In this document: positions 1 through 10,388 of the stretch, one piece after another
Numbering within the stretch: the stretch's first letter is position 1
How the letters are laid out: each line of letters starts with the position of its first letter
Origin: Myxococcota bacterium
GTDB taxonomy: Bacteria; Myxococcota_A; UBA796; CAJQPC01
DNA: 64,000 bases
Direction: 5' to 3'
Assembly (NCBI GenBank): GCA_036012755.1
Contig: DASCPX010000059.1
Span: 32,001-96,000 of the forward strand
Program-made: the position numbers and the translations under genes
The notes under the pieces: model-generated
Databases searched by the model: none
The model's input: the letters and a program-made list of their open reading frames with translations, nothing else
Told to the model about the DNA's origin: nothing

Positions 1-2
1 TC

Positions 3-185
3 GCAGAGGTCGACCGCTTCGTCATCGAGGACCACTTCCCGGGCCCCCGGGTCCACACGGCGGAGGGCTTCGCGAACCTCCACGCCTTCGTCGTCGCAGG
101 CGATCCCCCGGTGGAGACCTACGCTCCGTGGTCCTTCTCCGACGAGCCATACGAGGTCGTGGTCGTCTACCAGCGCTGCGATTGA
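3..185 (+). CDS. 3' end of a hypothetical protein running in from the window edge
   Basis: Open frame AEVDRFVIEDHF...VVYQRCD ending at TGA 183-185, with GC3-rich codons. Confidence 0.6.
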   Translation, partial: AEVDRFVIEDHFPGPRVHTAEGFANLHAFVVAGDPPVETYAPWSFSDEPYEVVVVYQRCD

Positions 186-197
186 TAGGAAAGGAGG

Positions 198-1061
198 GTG
201 GCGCTCCCGCCTCCCGCCCAGAGACCCTGGCTCCTCGAGCAGCTCGCGGTGCTGCTGCGGGAGCACGGCCACGCCCGCTGGTTGCAAGCGCCGCTGGTCG
301 AAGACGACTCCCACGACCTGGAAGACCTGATGCGCCACGCCTCTGTCGGCAGCCTCCCCCCGGAGCTGGCCCACGCAGGCATCGGCGGCTCCATGGCGGC
401 CCTCTGTGTCGACGTCGCCCGGGCCTTCCGCGTCCAGCACGGGCTCGTGGCCGACGATGAAGGCCTGGAGGCGCTGCTCGCCGATCTGACCGCGGCATAC
501 CTCGGCTTCGGCCTCCAGGTCCTCCGGCCGCCCTTGCGCCAGCGCGAGGTCCGCGGCTTCCTCCTCCAGACCAAGGCCCCCACGGCGCTCGACACGGAGT
601 CGATCGCTTTTCTGGTCGGCGCCCAGCTGGCCGCCCGGGATCCCAGCGAGCGCCAGCTCGAGCGCCTCCTCGGCTCCTTGCCGCCGCGCCGCCATCGGCT
701 CGTGCTGGAGGCGATGACCTGGTTTCATGGCGAGGGGCGGGCGTCGCTGTCGGCGCTGCTCCATGACGACGAGCCGATCGGTCGGGTCGTCCAGATCAGC
801 GGTGGCCGGCCGGTTGGTCGGGTCTCGGTCAGCCATGGCGTGGCTGGAGTGGTCGCGGGGGCGCTCTTCGGTCTGGCGCTCGGGCTCGTGGGCCTCGCGG
901 CCCTCGGCGAGGCCCGCAGCCTCCTTCTGATCCCCCCGTTGGCGCTGCTCGGCGGCTTGGTGGGCTGGTCTCTCCGCGGCGGTCGGTGTTCCAGCTGCCG
1001 CGCGCAGATCGGGGACCAGGACGTGCTCTGTCCGGGCTGCGGCGGCCTTGTGACCGATTGA
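198..1061 (+). CDS. Hypothetical membrane protein with C-terminal zinc ribbon
   Basis: AGGAGG before GTG; two C-terminal hydrophobic helices; CSSC-x10-CPGC. Confidence 0.65.
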   Translation: MALPPPAQRPWLLEQLAVLLREHGHARWLQAPLVEDDSHDLEDLMRHASVGSLPPELAHAGIGGSMAALCVDVARAFRVQHGLVADDEGLEALLADLTAAYLGFGLQVLRPPLRQREVRGFLLQTKAPTALDTESIAFLVGAQLAARDPSERQLERLLGSLPPRRHRLVLEAMTWFHGEGRASLSALLHDDEPIGRVVQISGGRPVGRVSVSHGVAGVVAGALFGLALGLVGLAALGEARSLLLIPPLALLGGLVGWSLRGGRCSSCRAQIGDQDVLCPGCGGLVTD

Positions 1062-1063
1062 GC

Positions 1064-2332
1064 TCAGCCGCCCCAGAACAACTGCAACAGGGCTGAGTCG
1101 GGCCAGGCGACCCGAAGCATGGCGAGGACCACCTGCCAGGCGATGACACCGATGGAGATGACCAACAGCCCGGCTCCGACGCGCAGCCGAGGTGCCCAGC
1201 GGGAAGGTGGTTCGGGCTTCGGCCAGGCTGGCTCGACTCCTGCCTCGACCATGCGGTCGTAGAGGTCCGGGTGCGGTCCCCGTCCGACCACGGCGGGGGC
1301 CCTGTTGAAGCGGTAGAGCGCCTCGAGCGCGCGAGCGTGTGTTCGACCGTTCTCGCGGTGGGCGTGGGCGTCCGCGCGCTCCTCCATGCGTCGCCGCATG
1401 CGCCCCCCGAGCGCCAGGAGCAGGATGATGACGACGGCCACGCAGAGGACGGCGGCGGGGCCCCAGGTGAGGTAGATCGGGCCGATCGCCACAATCGGCG
1501 TCAGCGCCAGCGTCGACGCGAGGCGGGCGAACAGGACGGAGCGTGGCTCGCAGAGGTGGCCCAGCTCGTGGTCCGTGATGCTGGCGAGCTCTGCGTCGTC
1601 CAGCACCTCGAGGCAGCCGCGCGTGAAGGCGATCCGACGTGCCAGCGGCAGCGCCAGGGCGTTCGCGAGCTGGTGCTCGAGGACGTGCACGCCCCGGAGC
1701 TCGATCCCGTGGGCCCTCGCACGTCCCCGCACGAGCGCCACCAGCTCCGGCGAAGCGGGCCTCGCCAGACCCATCCGCAGGGCCAGGTCCATTCCCCAGC
1801 CAAGGGACCAGCCGGAGAGCAGGGCGATCGCGACGGGCACCGCCGGAACCACCGCCTACACAGGCAACCAGCACAGCGCCAAGCCGAGGGCGAAGCAGAG
1901 CAGGATGTGGCCGAACCGGACGATCACGACGGCGGCGCGACCTCGCAGGAAGCTCCCGTGAGCGAGGCGCTCGGGCTCTGGGTGCATGGCGCGCTCGAAG
2001 CGCATCCGCAGCAGGTGCACCGGAAGGCCCGCCGCCAGGAAGCAGCGGGCGGCCGCTGGCAGCCTGGTCCCCTCCAGGCCCGCCAACAGTGGCACCACGG
2101 CCCCAGCGAAGAGAGGGAAGACCAACATCACCAACGCGCCGTCGATGCGCGCTGGCCAGGTGTGGCGCGCTCGCTCGGGCCACTCGACGTCGAGATCCTT
2201 CGGGCTGAGCAGCCAGAAGGAGACCCCACCTCCTACGAGCCCGATCAACAAGGCGACGAGGGCTTGGCTCAGGAGACTCCAGAACAGCAACTTCAGGACC
2301 CGGGGCAGTGTCGGACCCAGACAACGTCGCAC
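1064..2332 (-). pseudogene. M48 (Ste24/HtpX-like) membrane zinc metalloprotease interrupted by one in-frame TAG at 1856-1858
   Basis: ORFs 1856..2332 and 1064..1852 share a frame (WLPV*AVVPAV); motifs ANALA, HELGH, EERAD, HP-x-LYDR. Confidence 0.75.
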
Positions 2333-2398
2333 GGGATCGCGTCCTTACGGATGCAGACGCTCGCGTCAGTTAGCCTCGAAGCAGCGAAGGAGAGCGCC

Positions 2399-4135
2399 TT
2401 GGACGAGCGGAACCTCCCGGCCGCAGACGGCCTGGCCGCACAAGCCCTCGACAACCTCGTCAACCAGTTCGCTCGCCCCCTCGACTTCCTGCGTGAGCTG
2501 GTGCAGAACTCCATCGACGCGGGCACACCTCGGGTCGAGATCTGGCTCCGCTTCGTGGCGGACGACGTGAGTCACGGCGTGCTCGAGATCCATGTGGACG
2601 ACTTCGGCGAGGGCATGGACGAGCGCATCATCGACGATCACCTGACGCGGCTGTTCTCGTCGACGAAGGAAGACGACCTGACCAAGATCGGCAAGTTCGG
2701 CATCGGCTTCACGTCGATCTTCGCGATCCAGCCGGACGCCGTGATCCTGAAGACCTCGCGCCACGGTGAGTCCTGGGAGCTGCTCTTCCATCCGGATCGG
2801 AGCTTCGACAAGGTGCGCTCCGAGCAGCTCGTCGACGGGACGAAGATCACCCTCTTCAAGCGGATGCCGAGAGCAGAGGTCGAGGGCTTCGTGCGGGACT
2901 GTCGCTGGATCCTCGGCTGGTGGTGCGAGCACAGCGACACGCCGGTGACGTTCTGGGATCGGACCGGCGACGACGAGGTCCCGGCCCAGGGCAGCGGCGT
3001 CGATCCCTTCGCAGCCTTCGCGGAGGGAGGCGCCCGCCAGCGACCCGAGGCGATCAACAAGCCCATGGACATGGTCGGCGCGACGCTGAAGCGCAGGCTC
3101 TCCGAGCGCGGGGTCGAGGCCGTCGTCGCCTACCAGCCGAGCCCCCGGTATGGCTACTACAACGGTGGCCTGACCCTAGTGAACACGCGCAATCGTGACG
3201 TGCTCGGCCCCCTGGACGAGCGCCTGGCACACCTCGGATTCAAGCTGAAGACCAACACGCTCGAGCACACGCTCACTCGTGACAACGTGCTCCAGGACGA
3301 GCACTGGCAGAAGGCGATGGAGGTGCTCCTGAGTGCCTCGGACCTGCTCCGGGCGGATCTCGTAGAGCGGGTCGAGCAGGCCCTGCGTGCCGGCGAGGAG
3401 CTCAGCCCCTGGCACGGCCATCTCGCGCAGGAGTGCGGGAGCGCGCTGGGGCCGAACGCGCTGGACGCCTTTCGTGATCGCCCGCTGTTCCGCGACACCC
3501 GCGGCACGTCGCGCACGCTGGAGGAGATCGAGGACCAGGAGGACGACCAGGGCGTCGTGCTGATGGCCACCGCGTCTGAGCGCCTCGACGATGCCCTCGC
3601 CTCAGAGGGCATCTTCCTCGTCGAGGACAGCCCCGAGACGCGAGAGCTCTTGATGGCTGCGGACCGCCCCCCGCTGTTCGCGTTCTGGTCCGATGGGCGC
3701 AGCCTGCGCAGCGCGGACGAGATCTACGTGCTCCCCGACCTGATCCGGCCCGACTCCCTGCCCCCGCGGGAGCGCCTGCTCGTGAACAGCACCGCGGCCC
3801 TGTTGAAAGAGGCGCTGGGGCGGCGTGTCCAGCTGATGGTCGGTGCCCTCGGAGGCAGCCAGCAGGCGCGTGACCAGGCCCTCGCGATGGAGGGTCCAGA
3901 GGACGGGCGTGTCTTCCAGCGACCAGAGGCCAGCTGGCTGCGCATTCCGGCCTTCCTGAGATCGCGGGCGCTCTTGTTGAACCGCCACCATCCCTTCTTC
4001 CAGCTGCAGTGCACCGCCGGGGCAGAGGACCTCGACCTGGCGTCCTACGCCCTCGCCCAGGCCTTGCTGCACGAAGAGGACGCCGAGCTCGAGCGCAGCT
4101 ATCGCCTGCTCATCGAAGCAGCGGCTGGAGAGTAG
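2399..4135 (+). CDS. GHKL (Hsp90-like) ATPase with intact motifs
   Basis: ELVQNSIDA, DDFGEGM, GKFGIGF, GT motifs; AAGGAG before TTG 2399. Confidence 0.85.
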   Translation: MDERNLPAADGLAAQALDNLVNQFARPLDFLRELVQNSIDAGTPRVEIWLRFVADDVSHGVLEIHVDDFGEGMDERIIDDHLTRLFSSTKEDDLTKIGKFGIGFTSIFAIQPDAVILKTSRHGESWELLFHPDRSFDKVRSEQLVDGTKITLFKRMPRAEVEGFVRDCRWILGWWCEHSDTPVTFWDRTGDDEVPAQGSGVDPFAAFAEGGARQRPEAINKPMDMVGATLKRRLSERGVEAVVAYQPSPRYGYYNGGLTLVNTRNRDVLGPLDERLAHLGFKLKTNTLEHTLTRDNVLQDEHWQKAMEVLLSASDLLRADLVERVEQALRAGEELSPWHGHLAQECGSALGPNALDAFRDRPLFRDTRGTSRTLEEIEDQEDDQGVVLMATASERLDDALASEGIFLVEDSPETRELLMAADRPPLFAFWSDGRSLRSADEIYVLPDLIRPDSLPPRERLLVNSTAALLKEALGRRVQLMVGALGGSQQARDQALAMEGPEDGRVFQRPEASWLRIPAFLRSRALLLNRHHPFFQLQCTAGAEDLDLASYALAQALLHEEDAELERSYRLLIEAAAGE

Positions 4136-7100
4136 ATGTCTCAGCTCTCCGACCTGGTTGCACGCAGCCGCTCACCGGGCGCCTTCGTCGAGCGCAGGCG
4201 GTTCACGCTCTCCCGCGCCAAGGCGATCGAGAAGCAGCGAGAGTACGCGCTCCGTCATCCGACACAGTATATCTTGGAGTTGATCCAGGCCGCGGTGCTC
4301 TCTGGGGCGACCTACATCGCGATCGACATCACGCGGGAGACGCTGCTCATCGCCTTCATCGGTGGGCGTCCCTTCGAGCCCGAGCAGCTCGAGAACGTCT
4401 TCGACTACCTGTTCGCGGATCGGGCCGACGCGCGCCACCGCCACATGGTGCAGTTGGCCATCGGGCTCAACGCGCTCCTCCAGCGCAAGCCAAAGTCGAT
4501 TCGTATTGAATCCGGGGACGGAAAGAGGGCTGTGCGCCTCGACATGGACGCGAAGGGCAAGGGACAGATAGGCGCCCCCGTGGATCCGATCCGTGGCACC
4601 TACCTGCTCATGGAGAAGCCGGGCAACTGGTTCACCCGCTTCCAGAACGTGACGCTCTTTCCTGAGCAGGCGCTCATCGAGGAGCGCTGCGTGCAGTGCC
4701 CGGTGCCGATAATCCTGAACGGTGTTGCACCCTTCGGCTACACCTCGAAGAAGGAGGTCCGGCTCTTCGGCGAGAAGCGACAGCGCAGCTTCAAGGCCGA
4801 CGGTGCTCGCCGCGGCGTGCTCGCGATCCCGAAGAAACCCGGCCAGGCCAAGGGCTTCAAGATCGTGATGGGTGGCGTGTGGGTGACGTCGCTTGAGTTG
4901 CCGGAGCTCGGCACGGTCGAGATGCGCACCGGCACCGGAAAGCGGGCGGAGGCCCAGCTCTTCGGGGTCATCTGCGACGACAACCTCCGCAAGACCGCCG
5001 ACCAGTCCGACATCGTCCAGGACGCTCGCTTCACGGCGATGCTCGCGGCGGTGCAGCCCCACGCGAGCAGCTTCATCGAGGACGAGACTGGACAGAGGTC
5101 CGAGCCTCCGCCGCTGCCAACTGTCGACGTCGACGGCCCCACGGTGCTCCCGCTGCCGAAGCGCATCAGCGCCATCGGACCAGAGACGACGCTGCCGATC
5201 GACGAGGTCCGGCTCGAGGCCGTCACGGACCCCATCTTCTGGCTGGAGCCAGATGACCGGGCAGCGCTCGAGGGTCTGGCCGATCCCTGCCGCTTCCCCT
5301 TCCGTGTCCTGGTGCTCCAGGAGGGCGAGGCCCGGGCCCTCGTCCAGGAGGTGCCGCACATCTCGCTGCAGCGGATCGGCACGGCGGCGGATGTCGACTT
5401 CGTCCGCCGTGTCATGGAGCGCAACCTGCGCGTCCACGAGGTCGCCGTCGACATTGACGAGCCATCGGGCACCCTGAAGCTGCGGTTTCACGGGCGGGGG
5501 CCGCGTCCGCCATGGGGGACCCAGGACCGCGCCCCGGGGCTCATCGCCCGGCGCGGGCGTACGACCTGGTGTGGGGCACTCCACACAGATCTCCTGCACG
5601 TGTCCGCGGTGTTCGAGCTGAACGTCGACATCGACATCAGCGATCGGCTCCGCCATCGGCTCGGCAACCTCGTCGTAGATCACGCCTGGCGCCTGCTGGA
5701 CCCGCTCCCGGCACTCGTGGAGGGGGCCCGCCTCCAGGCCTTCGCTGCCTCGGTCCTGGCCCAGCACGCGCGGCCCCAGTTCGCTGAAGAGGGCGGCCGG
5801 ACGCGCCTGGCCGCAGCGCTTCCTCCAGAGTGGGGAGACAGCGCAACGGCGCTGCGTCGGCTGTCGCTCGCAGACGCGGGTCCCGGACCGTTGAGCCTCG
5901 ACGGACTCATCGGCCTGCAGGGCACGGACAAGGTCTGGCCCCTGCCTGCGGAGGCCTTCGAGCGCCTGGCGCCGCTGCAGGCGCTGTTCGGTTGGGGACA
6001 CCTCCGTCCGGTTGGGGACGACGCGCCGCTGATGGCTGTCGGGCGGGTCGGGGACCGCTGGGTCGTGCTCTCGGAGCAGTGGGGCAATGCAAATCCGAGC
6101 CAGGTCCTGTGGTTGGCGGGGCACCTCGATCCCCAGCTCGACGACCCGCGCTGGACGCAGGTCGAGGGCCCTGCGCCCATGGTCGGCGCCGCCCTGCGAG
6201 TGGGAACAGAGCCCGGTGACTGGGCTCCTGCCGAGCGCACCCTGCTCGATCGCCTGGAGCGCGACAATGCCTGGGACTCCGCCAGGTACCCGGACCAGGG
6301 TCGAGCGATGGCGCGGCTCGCGGCCTGGGCCCTGGCCGAGCGTCTGGAGCGTCCGCCTCTGCCCCTGACACCTTCCGACGGCTCCCAGCCTCGCGAGCTC
6401 GCCGAGCTGCGCGAAGCGAACGCCCGCGCCTCTGCCCGAGGCGGAGTGGAGGTCGCTGAACACGACACGATCCTCCTCACCCTCGCCGAGCTGCGCTGGC
6501 TGGAGCGGGACGGACCATTGACCCTGCGCTTCGACGACGATCCCAGCGTCTGGCGCTCCCTGGCCTCCAGCGAAGAGGGCTGGCTGATCCGACACGAAGT
6601 CCGCTTGCCAGGCCTGCACGGTTGGCTCGGACTGCGCCATCCATTCGACGCCACCACGGCCATCTTGGTGCGTCGTGGCGGACGCATCCTCTCCGTACCA
6701 GAGGTCGACGCGCGCATCCCCTGCCACGGGCTCCTGTACCTGGAGCGCGGCCACGCGACCCTGACCAGGGCCCAGGCGGAGCTGCTCGCATTGGAGGGGC
6801 TCCAGCTGTACCAGAAGCTCGCGGAGGGACTCCGCGGGGGCGGCTTCGGCGGGTCGGGCTCCAGCGGCGACGCTCTCGTGACGGCCCAGCGCTATGGCAC
6901 GCTCTTCGCGTGGCTCGCCTGGCGAGGTGGCCGGCAGCAGCTGGGAACGGTCCAGGAGCTGGCGCGTTCGATCCCCATCGAGGTCGACGGCGTCGTGTGG
7001 GGGACCCTCGAGGCCTGGCTTCGGAGCCCCTCCGAGGGCCGTCCCGGTCTGCCTATCGCGCTCCCCGCCCTCAGCCGGCGCTCACAGACCACCACGGCGC

Positions 7101-7429
7101 TCGTGCCGGAGGGCGACCTCCAGAAGCGAACACGGGCCCTGCTCACGCAGCTGGGCCGGCGCACCGACGTGCACTTCCAGACGACACGCGAGCGCTTCGG
7201 TCCGCCCGTCCGGGTGGACATGCGCTACAGCCGCTACGAGCTGCTCGTGCTGGTGTTGAACCACGGCCACCCGGTCGTCCCCCGCGCGATGAGCCCGGGC
7301 CGGGTGCAGGAGATCCTGCTGTTGGAGATCGCCCGCCTGATCGCCTGCTGGTCGAAGGAGGTCGAGGCCCCCCTCGACCTGCTCGCGATGCAGCAGATCC
7401 TGCTCGCCCAGAGGTTGAACCCGGGTTGA
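4136..7429 (+). CDS. Large protein with a degenerate N-terminal GHKL-like domain
   Basis: Starts right after the upstream stop; YILELIQAAVLSGAT resembles the N-box without Asn; LAIGLNA; C-terminal LN-x-x-HP as in the upstream gene. Confidence 0.75.
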   Translation: MSQLSDLVARSRSPGAFVERRRFTLSRAKAIEKQREYALRHPTQYILELIQAAVLSGATYIAIDITRETLLIAFIGGRPFEPEQLENVFDYLFADRADARHRHMVQLAIGLNALLQRKPKSIRIESGDGKRAVRLDMDAKGKGQIGAPVDPIRGTYLLMEKPGNWFTRFQNVTLFPEQALIEERCVQCPVPIILNGVAPFGYTSKKEVRLFGEKRQRSFKADGARRGVLAIPKKPGQAKGFKIVMGGVWVTSLELPELGTVEMRTGTGKRAEAQLFGVICDDNLRKTADQSDIVQDARFTAMLAAVQPHASSFIEDETGQRSEPPPLPTVDVDGPTVLPLPKRISAIGPETTLPIDEVRLEAVTDPIFWLEPDDRAALEGLADPCRFPFRVLVLQEGEARALVQEVPHISLQRIGTAADVDFVRRVMERNLRVHEVAVDIDEPSGTLKLRFHGRGPRPPWGTQDRAPGLIARRGRTTWCGALHTDLLHVSAVFELNVDIDISDRLRHRLGNLVVDHAWRLLDPLPALVEGARLQAFAASVLAQHARPQFAEEGGRTRLAAALPPEWGDSATALRRLSLADAGPGPLSLDGLIGLQGTDKVWPLPAEAFERLAPLQALFGWGHLRPVGDDAPLMAVGRVGDRWVVLSEQWGNANPSQVLWLAGHLDPQLDDPRWTQVEGPAPMVGAALRVGTEPGDWAPAERTLLDRLERDNAWDSARYPDQGRAMARLAAWALAERLERPPLPLTPSDGSQPRELAELREANARASARGGVEVAEHDTILLTLAELRWLERDGPLTLRFDDDPSVWRSLASSEEGWLIRHEVRLPGLHGWLGLRHPFDATTAILVRRGGRILSVPEVDARIPCHGLLYLERGHATLTRAQAELLALEGLQLYQKLAEGLRGGGFGGSGSSGDALVTAQRYGTLFAWLAWRGGRQQLGTVQELARSIPIEVDGVVWGTLEAWLRSPSEGRPGLPIALPALSRRSQTTTALVPEGDLQKRTRALLTQLGRRTDVHFQTTRERFGPPVRVDMRYSRYELLVLVLNHGHPVVPRAMSPGRVQEILLLEIARLIACWSKEVEAPLDLLAMQQILLAQRLNPG

Positions 7430-7480
7430 GCGGGCTCAGGGCCACAGGACTGTCTCTTCTAGATCTCGGCGGGTGATCTC

Positions 7481-8359
7481 CTACCCGTCGATGTCGACGT
7501 GGACGCCGATGCTGCCGTCGACGTTCGTGCACCTGGGGTGGGGATCGGCCAGCGAGCCTGGCGTGGTGACCCAGATCTGCTCCACTCGTGGGCCGAGGCG
7601 CTCGAGGACCTCTTCGTCCGGAGCCGAGAGATAAGCACGGTTGGCGCCGACGATTCCGTGTCGAATGTGACCATCGTCGGGAAACACCGCGTCCACCCAG
7701 GCGGAGTTCGTGCTGCTTGCGATCCCGTGGTGGCTGATGTGGGCCACGTCGACGTCGGGCAGGGCGATGCGGTTCGCCAGGAAGCTCTCCACGTCCTCTG
7801 TGTCCTTTCCGCCCCCGGTCAGATCGCCGGCGAAGAGGTAGGCGAAGTCCCCGTACCGGACCACCCCCACGAGGCTGCGCGCGTTCTCCTCGGTGATCTC
7901 GATGGTGGTCCCATCGGGGAGCACTCCGCCCGCGACGAGGACCTCGAGCGTGGCCTCGTCCCCGAGGTCGAGGACGAAGGGGAGGTCGCAGCCAGCGCTC
8001 GTGCAGAGGGCGATCTCGTCATCTGGCTCGACCCACTCGTCGGTGTCGGGCTGGACACCACCGCGCCATATGAGCGCGCCGAAGTCGCCGAGATCGCTCA
8101 GCCCGCCGACGTGGTCGGCGTGAAAGTGCGTGATCAGCGTGTAGTCCGGGGAGTCCCTTCCCGTGCGAAGCTCGAGGGCCGCACGGACCTCGTCGTCGTG
8201 GGCGTCGTTGCCGACGTCGATCAGGACGCTCGTGCCATCCGGACCGACGATCAGCGCGCTCTCTCCGGTGCTGCGCGAGCCCAGGTCGAGCTGCTCGATC
8301 AGCAGCGGAGCCTCCAGGAGCGGCCCTGGCGATGCGCAGGCGAGCAGCGAGCTGATCAT
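7481..8359 (-). CDS. ComEC/Rec2-like metallo-beta-lactamase-fold lipoprotein
   Basis: GESALI, LIDVG, THFHADHVGG, FAGD, HHG motifs; N-terminus MISSLLAC. Confidence 0.85.
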   Translation of the reverse strand: MISSLLACASPGPLLEAPLLIEQLDLGSRSTGESALIVGPDGTSVLIDVGNDAHDDEVRAALELRTGRDSPDYTLITHFHADHVGGLSDLGDFGALIWRGGVQPDTDEWVEPDDEIALCTSAGCDLPFVLDLGDEATLEVLVAGGVLPDGTTIEITEENARSLVGVVRYGDFAYLFAGDLTGGGKDTEDVESFLANRIALPDVDVAHISHHGIASSTNSAWVDAVFPDDGHIRHGIVGANRAYLSAPDEEVLERLGPRVEQIWVTTPGSLADPHPRCTNVDGSIGVHVDIDG

Positions 8360-8393
8360 CCCAGCAGGCTACCGGGCCCTGACCGGGGGTGGT

Positions 8394-8409
8394 TGTTCCA
8401 CGTGGAACA
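8394..8409. promoter_or_regulatory. parS site (ParB-binding palindrome)
   Basis: Perfect intergenic palindrome TGTTCCACGTGGAACA matching the parS consensus. Confidence 0.85.
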
Positions 8410-8412
8410 CCC

Positions 8413-9462
8413 TCAGGGGAGGCCCTCGTCCTCCAGGTCCGCGTCGAGGAAGCGTAGGGTCGCCATCCTGGCGGCGAGCGGCTTGACGACATCCATCCCT
8501 CTGCGGACATCGACCAGCGCGATGTCGATGGTGGAGAAGTCCCCCCCGGCGCCTCCACCGGTCACTGCACCCAGCTCGTCCTGGCGCAGGCGGGCATCCA
8601 GCGCCTCTTCGAGCTCGTACTTGTCCCGGGTCTCGAGGCGAAGGGTCGCGAAGCGCTCGCCGTGGCGGGAGAAGCGCTCGGAGACGAACATCGGCGAGGT
8701 GCGCGCGGCCTTCCACATCGCCGGGTGCGTGGAGCGCGCGACGATGAGGTCATTCTGTGTGGCATCCTCGAGCTTCCACATCGCCGACGGGGTCTCGTCC
8801 GGAGGCCGCTCGTGGAAGGGCAGATCGGGGAGGCTCCTCAAGACTGTGTTTCGTGCGCCATGGAAGAGCACCGGGAGGGTCTCCCATGTGCGCAGTCCCT
8901 CGCTGGAGTCGGCTGGCTCGATGGCGCCGACCCAGTCGTCGAGCATGCGCTCTCCCAGCAGTCGCTCGGTCGCGACGAAGGCCGCGTCGAAGACCCCCTG
9001 GGCTGATGCCTCCGGGATGTGCCAGCGGACGCCGATCCGGTGGTCCTCTGCGGGCTCCACTCCGATCGAGGCGCCCGCCAGCTTCACCCCCACGCGGTGC
9101 TCGACGAAGTTCGCGGCGATCTCGGGCCCCGCAGGTGGACGCGCGGACGAAAAGGCCCATCCAGGCAGCTCGGGCGCTCGCTCCATCAAGGTGGCGACCA
9201 CGGCGCGCTTGCTGCGCACGGACTCCGGCGTGATGACGAGGCGGTGACCGCCGGCGCCTTCTGGGCCAGGCCCGAACTCCCACAAGAGCCCCGGCGTGAT
9301 CGGGGCCAGGTGCTCGTTCATCCAAGCGACGAGGTCCCACCGGTCATGCATGCGGAACAGCGCATCGATGCGATCGACGCGCTCCGAGAAGGCTCGCCAG
9401 AAGTCGTCGATGGCTTCGAGGACGGGCTCGCGCTCCAGGTCGGAGAGGGTGATCCAGCGCAT
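8413..9462 (-). CDS. Hypothetical protein, DUF695-like
   Basis: FW..F, WEFGP, LVITPE, APELPGW segments resemble DUF695-type proteins; TGATG-coupled to the upstream gene. Confidence 0.55.
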   Translation of the reverse strand: MRWITLSDLEREPVLEAIDDFWRAFSERVDRIDALFRMHDRWDLVAWMNEHLAPITPGLLWEFGPGPEGAGGHRLVITPESVRSKRAVVATLMERAPELPGWAFSSARPPAGPEIAANFVEHRVGVKLAGASIGVEPAEDHRIGVRWHIPEASAQGVFDAAFVATERLLGERMLDDWVGAIEPADSSEGLRTWETLPVLFHGARNTVLRSLPDLPFHERPPDETPSAMWKLEDATQNDLIVARSTHPAMWKAARTSPMFVSERFSRHGERFATLRLETRDKYELEEALDARLRQDELGAVTGGGAGGDFSTIDIALVDVRRGMDVVKPLAARMATLRFLDADLEDEGLP

Positions 9463-10388
9463 CAGATGGCCGAGACCTGGAGCTCCATGCCGGTGGCGGC
9501 GCCCCAGTCCTGCACCGCCGCGAGCACGGGCGGACTCGCGGCGAAGCGCCGCTGACGGAAGAGCCCGACACCCTCGACCACGTCCTCGCTCTCGTCGGGC
9601 AACAGCGGGTCCATGTGGCGGGACTCCTGGACGTCCTCTGCGAGGATCTCGCTGACCAGATGCAGGAGCAGCCCGCTCCCCAGGTCCTCTGGCACACCAC
9701 GCGGGAGCTTGATGCCGGGGAACCAGAAGGGGCCGATCGTGCCCCTGGACAGCCTGAGGATCTGCCCACCCAGACCCGCCGCGAGCTGCTCCCGCAGGCC
9801 GAGGATGGGTACGTCCGCGTGGCGGGAGAACAGGTGGACCACGCCCTCTGGCACGAAGATGCCCTCCTCCGTGAGCTCGATGGGGCCCAGGAAGTGGCGC
9901 GAGGGCCAGCGCACGGTGCAGCGGACGCGCCGCCAGCGCCCGTCCGCGGCGAGGCGATCCCAGGTGACCGTCACGTCGATGGTCGGCTTTCTCCGGTGCA
10001 GCGCCGCGATCAGGCGAGAGCTGGGCAGGATGGGGTTGCGACGCAGGAAGCGGTGGAGGCGGCGGCGCGCCTGCATGCGCTGTCCGAGGTCCGGATCGAG
10101 GCGCAGGGCCCGCTCGATGCTCTCGTCGTCGAGGTCGGTGTCGTCGTCTCCCCGACTCGCGAGGTGCTGCTCGGCGACGACGCGGCTGATCCAGGCGAAG
10201 TCGGGCATGCCGCTGGCCGGCTCGGCGCGGGCGGGGAGGACGACATCAGCCGAGAGCGCGGGGTCGAGGGCCTCCAGCAGCGCGGTGGCCTCCGACAGGG
10301 GCACGTAGTCTCCGTGGGGGGCCAGCGTCTCCAGCGCAGCACGGAGTGCGCGGAGATAGGGTCCGGCGCGCTCCGGGCCCAGCTCCAC
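9462..10388 (-). CDS. Hypothetical protein
   Basis: 308-aa ORF abutting both neighbours; typical codon bias. Confidence 0.7.
   Translation of the reverse strand: MELGPERAGPYLRALRAALETLAPHGDYVPLSEATALLEALDPALSADVVLPARAEPASGMPDFAWISRVVAEQHLASRGDDDTDLDDESIERALRLDPDLGQRMQARRRLHRFLRRNPILPSSRLIAALHRRKPTIDVTVTWDRLAADGRWRRVRCTVRWPSRHFLGPIELTEEGIFVPEGVVHLFSRHADVPILGLREQLAAGLGGQILRLSRGTIGPFWFPGIKLPRGVPEDLGSGLLLHLVSEILAEDVQESRHMDPLLPDESEDVVEGVGLFRQRRFAASPPVLAAVQDWGAATGMELQVSAI

Noticed and set aside
1271..2398. Long N-terminal extensions in the ORF track (also 9615, 15761, 17566, 33907)
   Set aside because: They overlap neighbouring genes; better starts have an RBS, a -10 box or stop/start coupling
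4172..6754. Long antisense or alternate-frame ORFs (also 7499..9247, 28599..30590, 33425..35956, 57026..59230)
   Set aside because: Shadow ORFs expected in GC-rich DNA; they overlap genes with clear motifs
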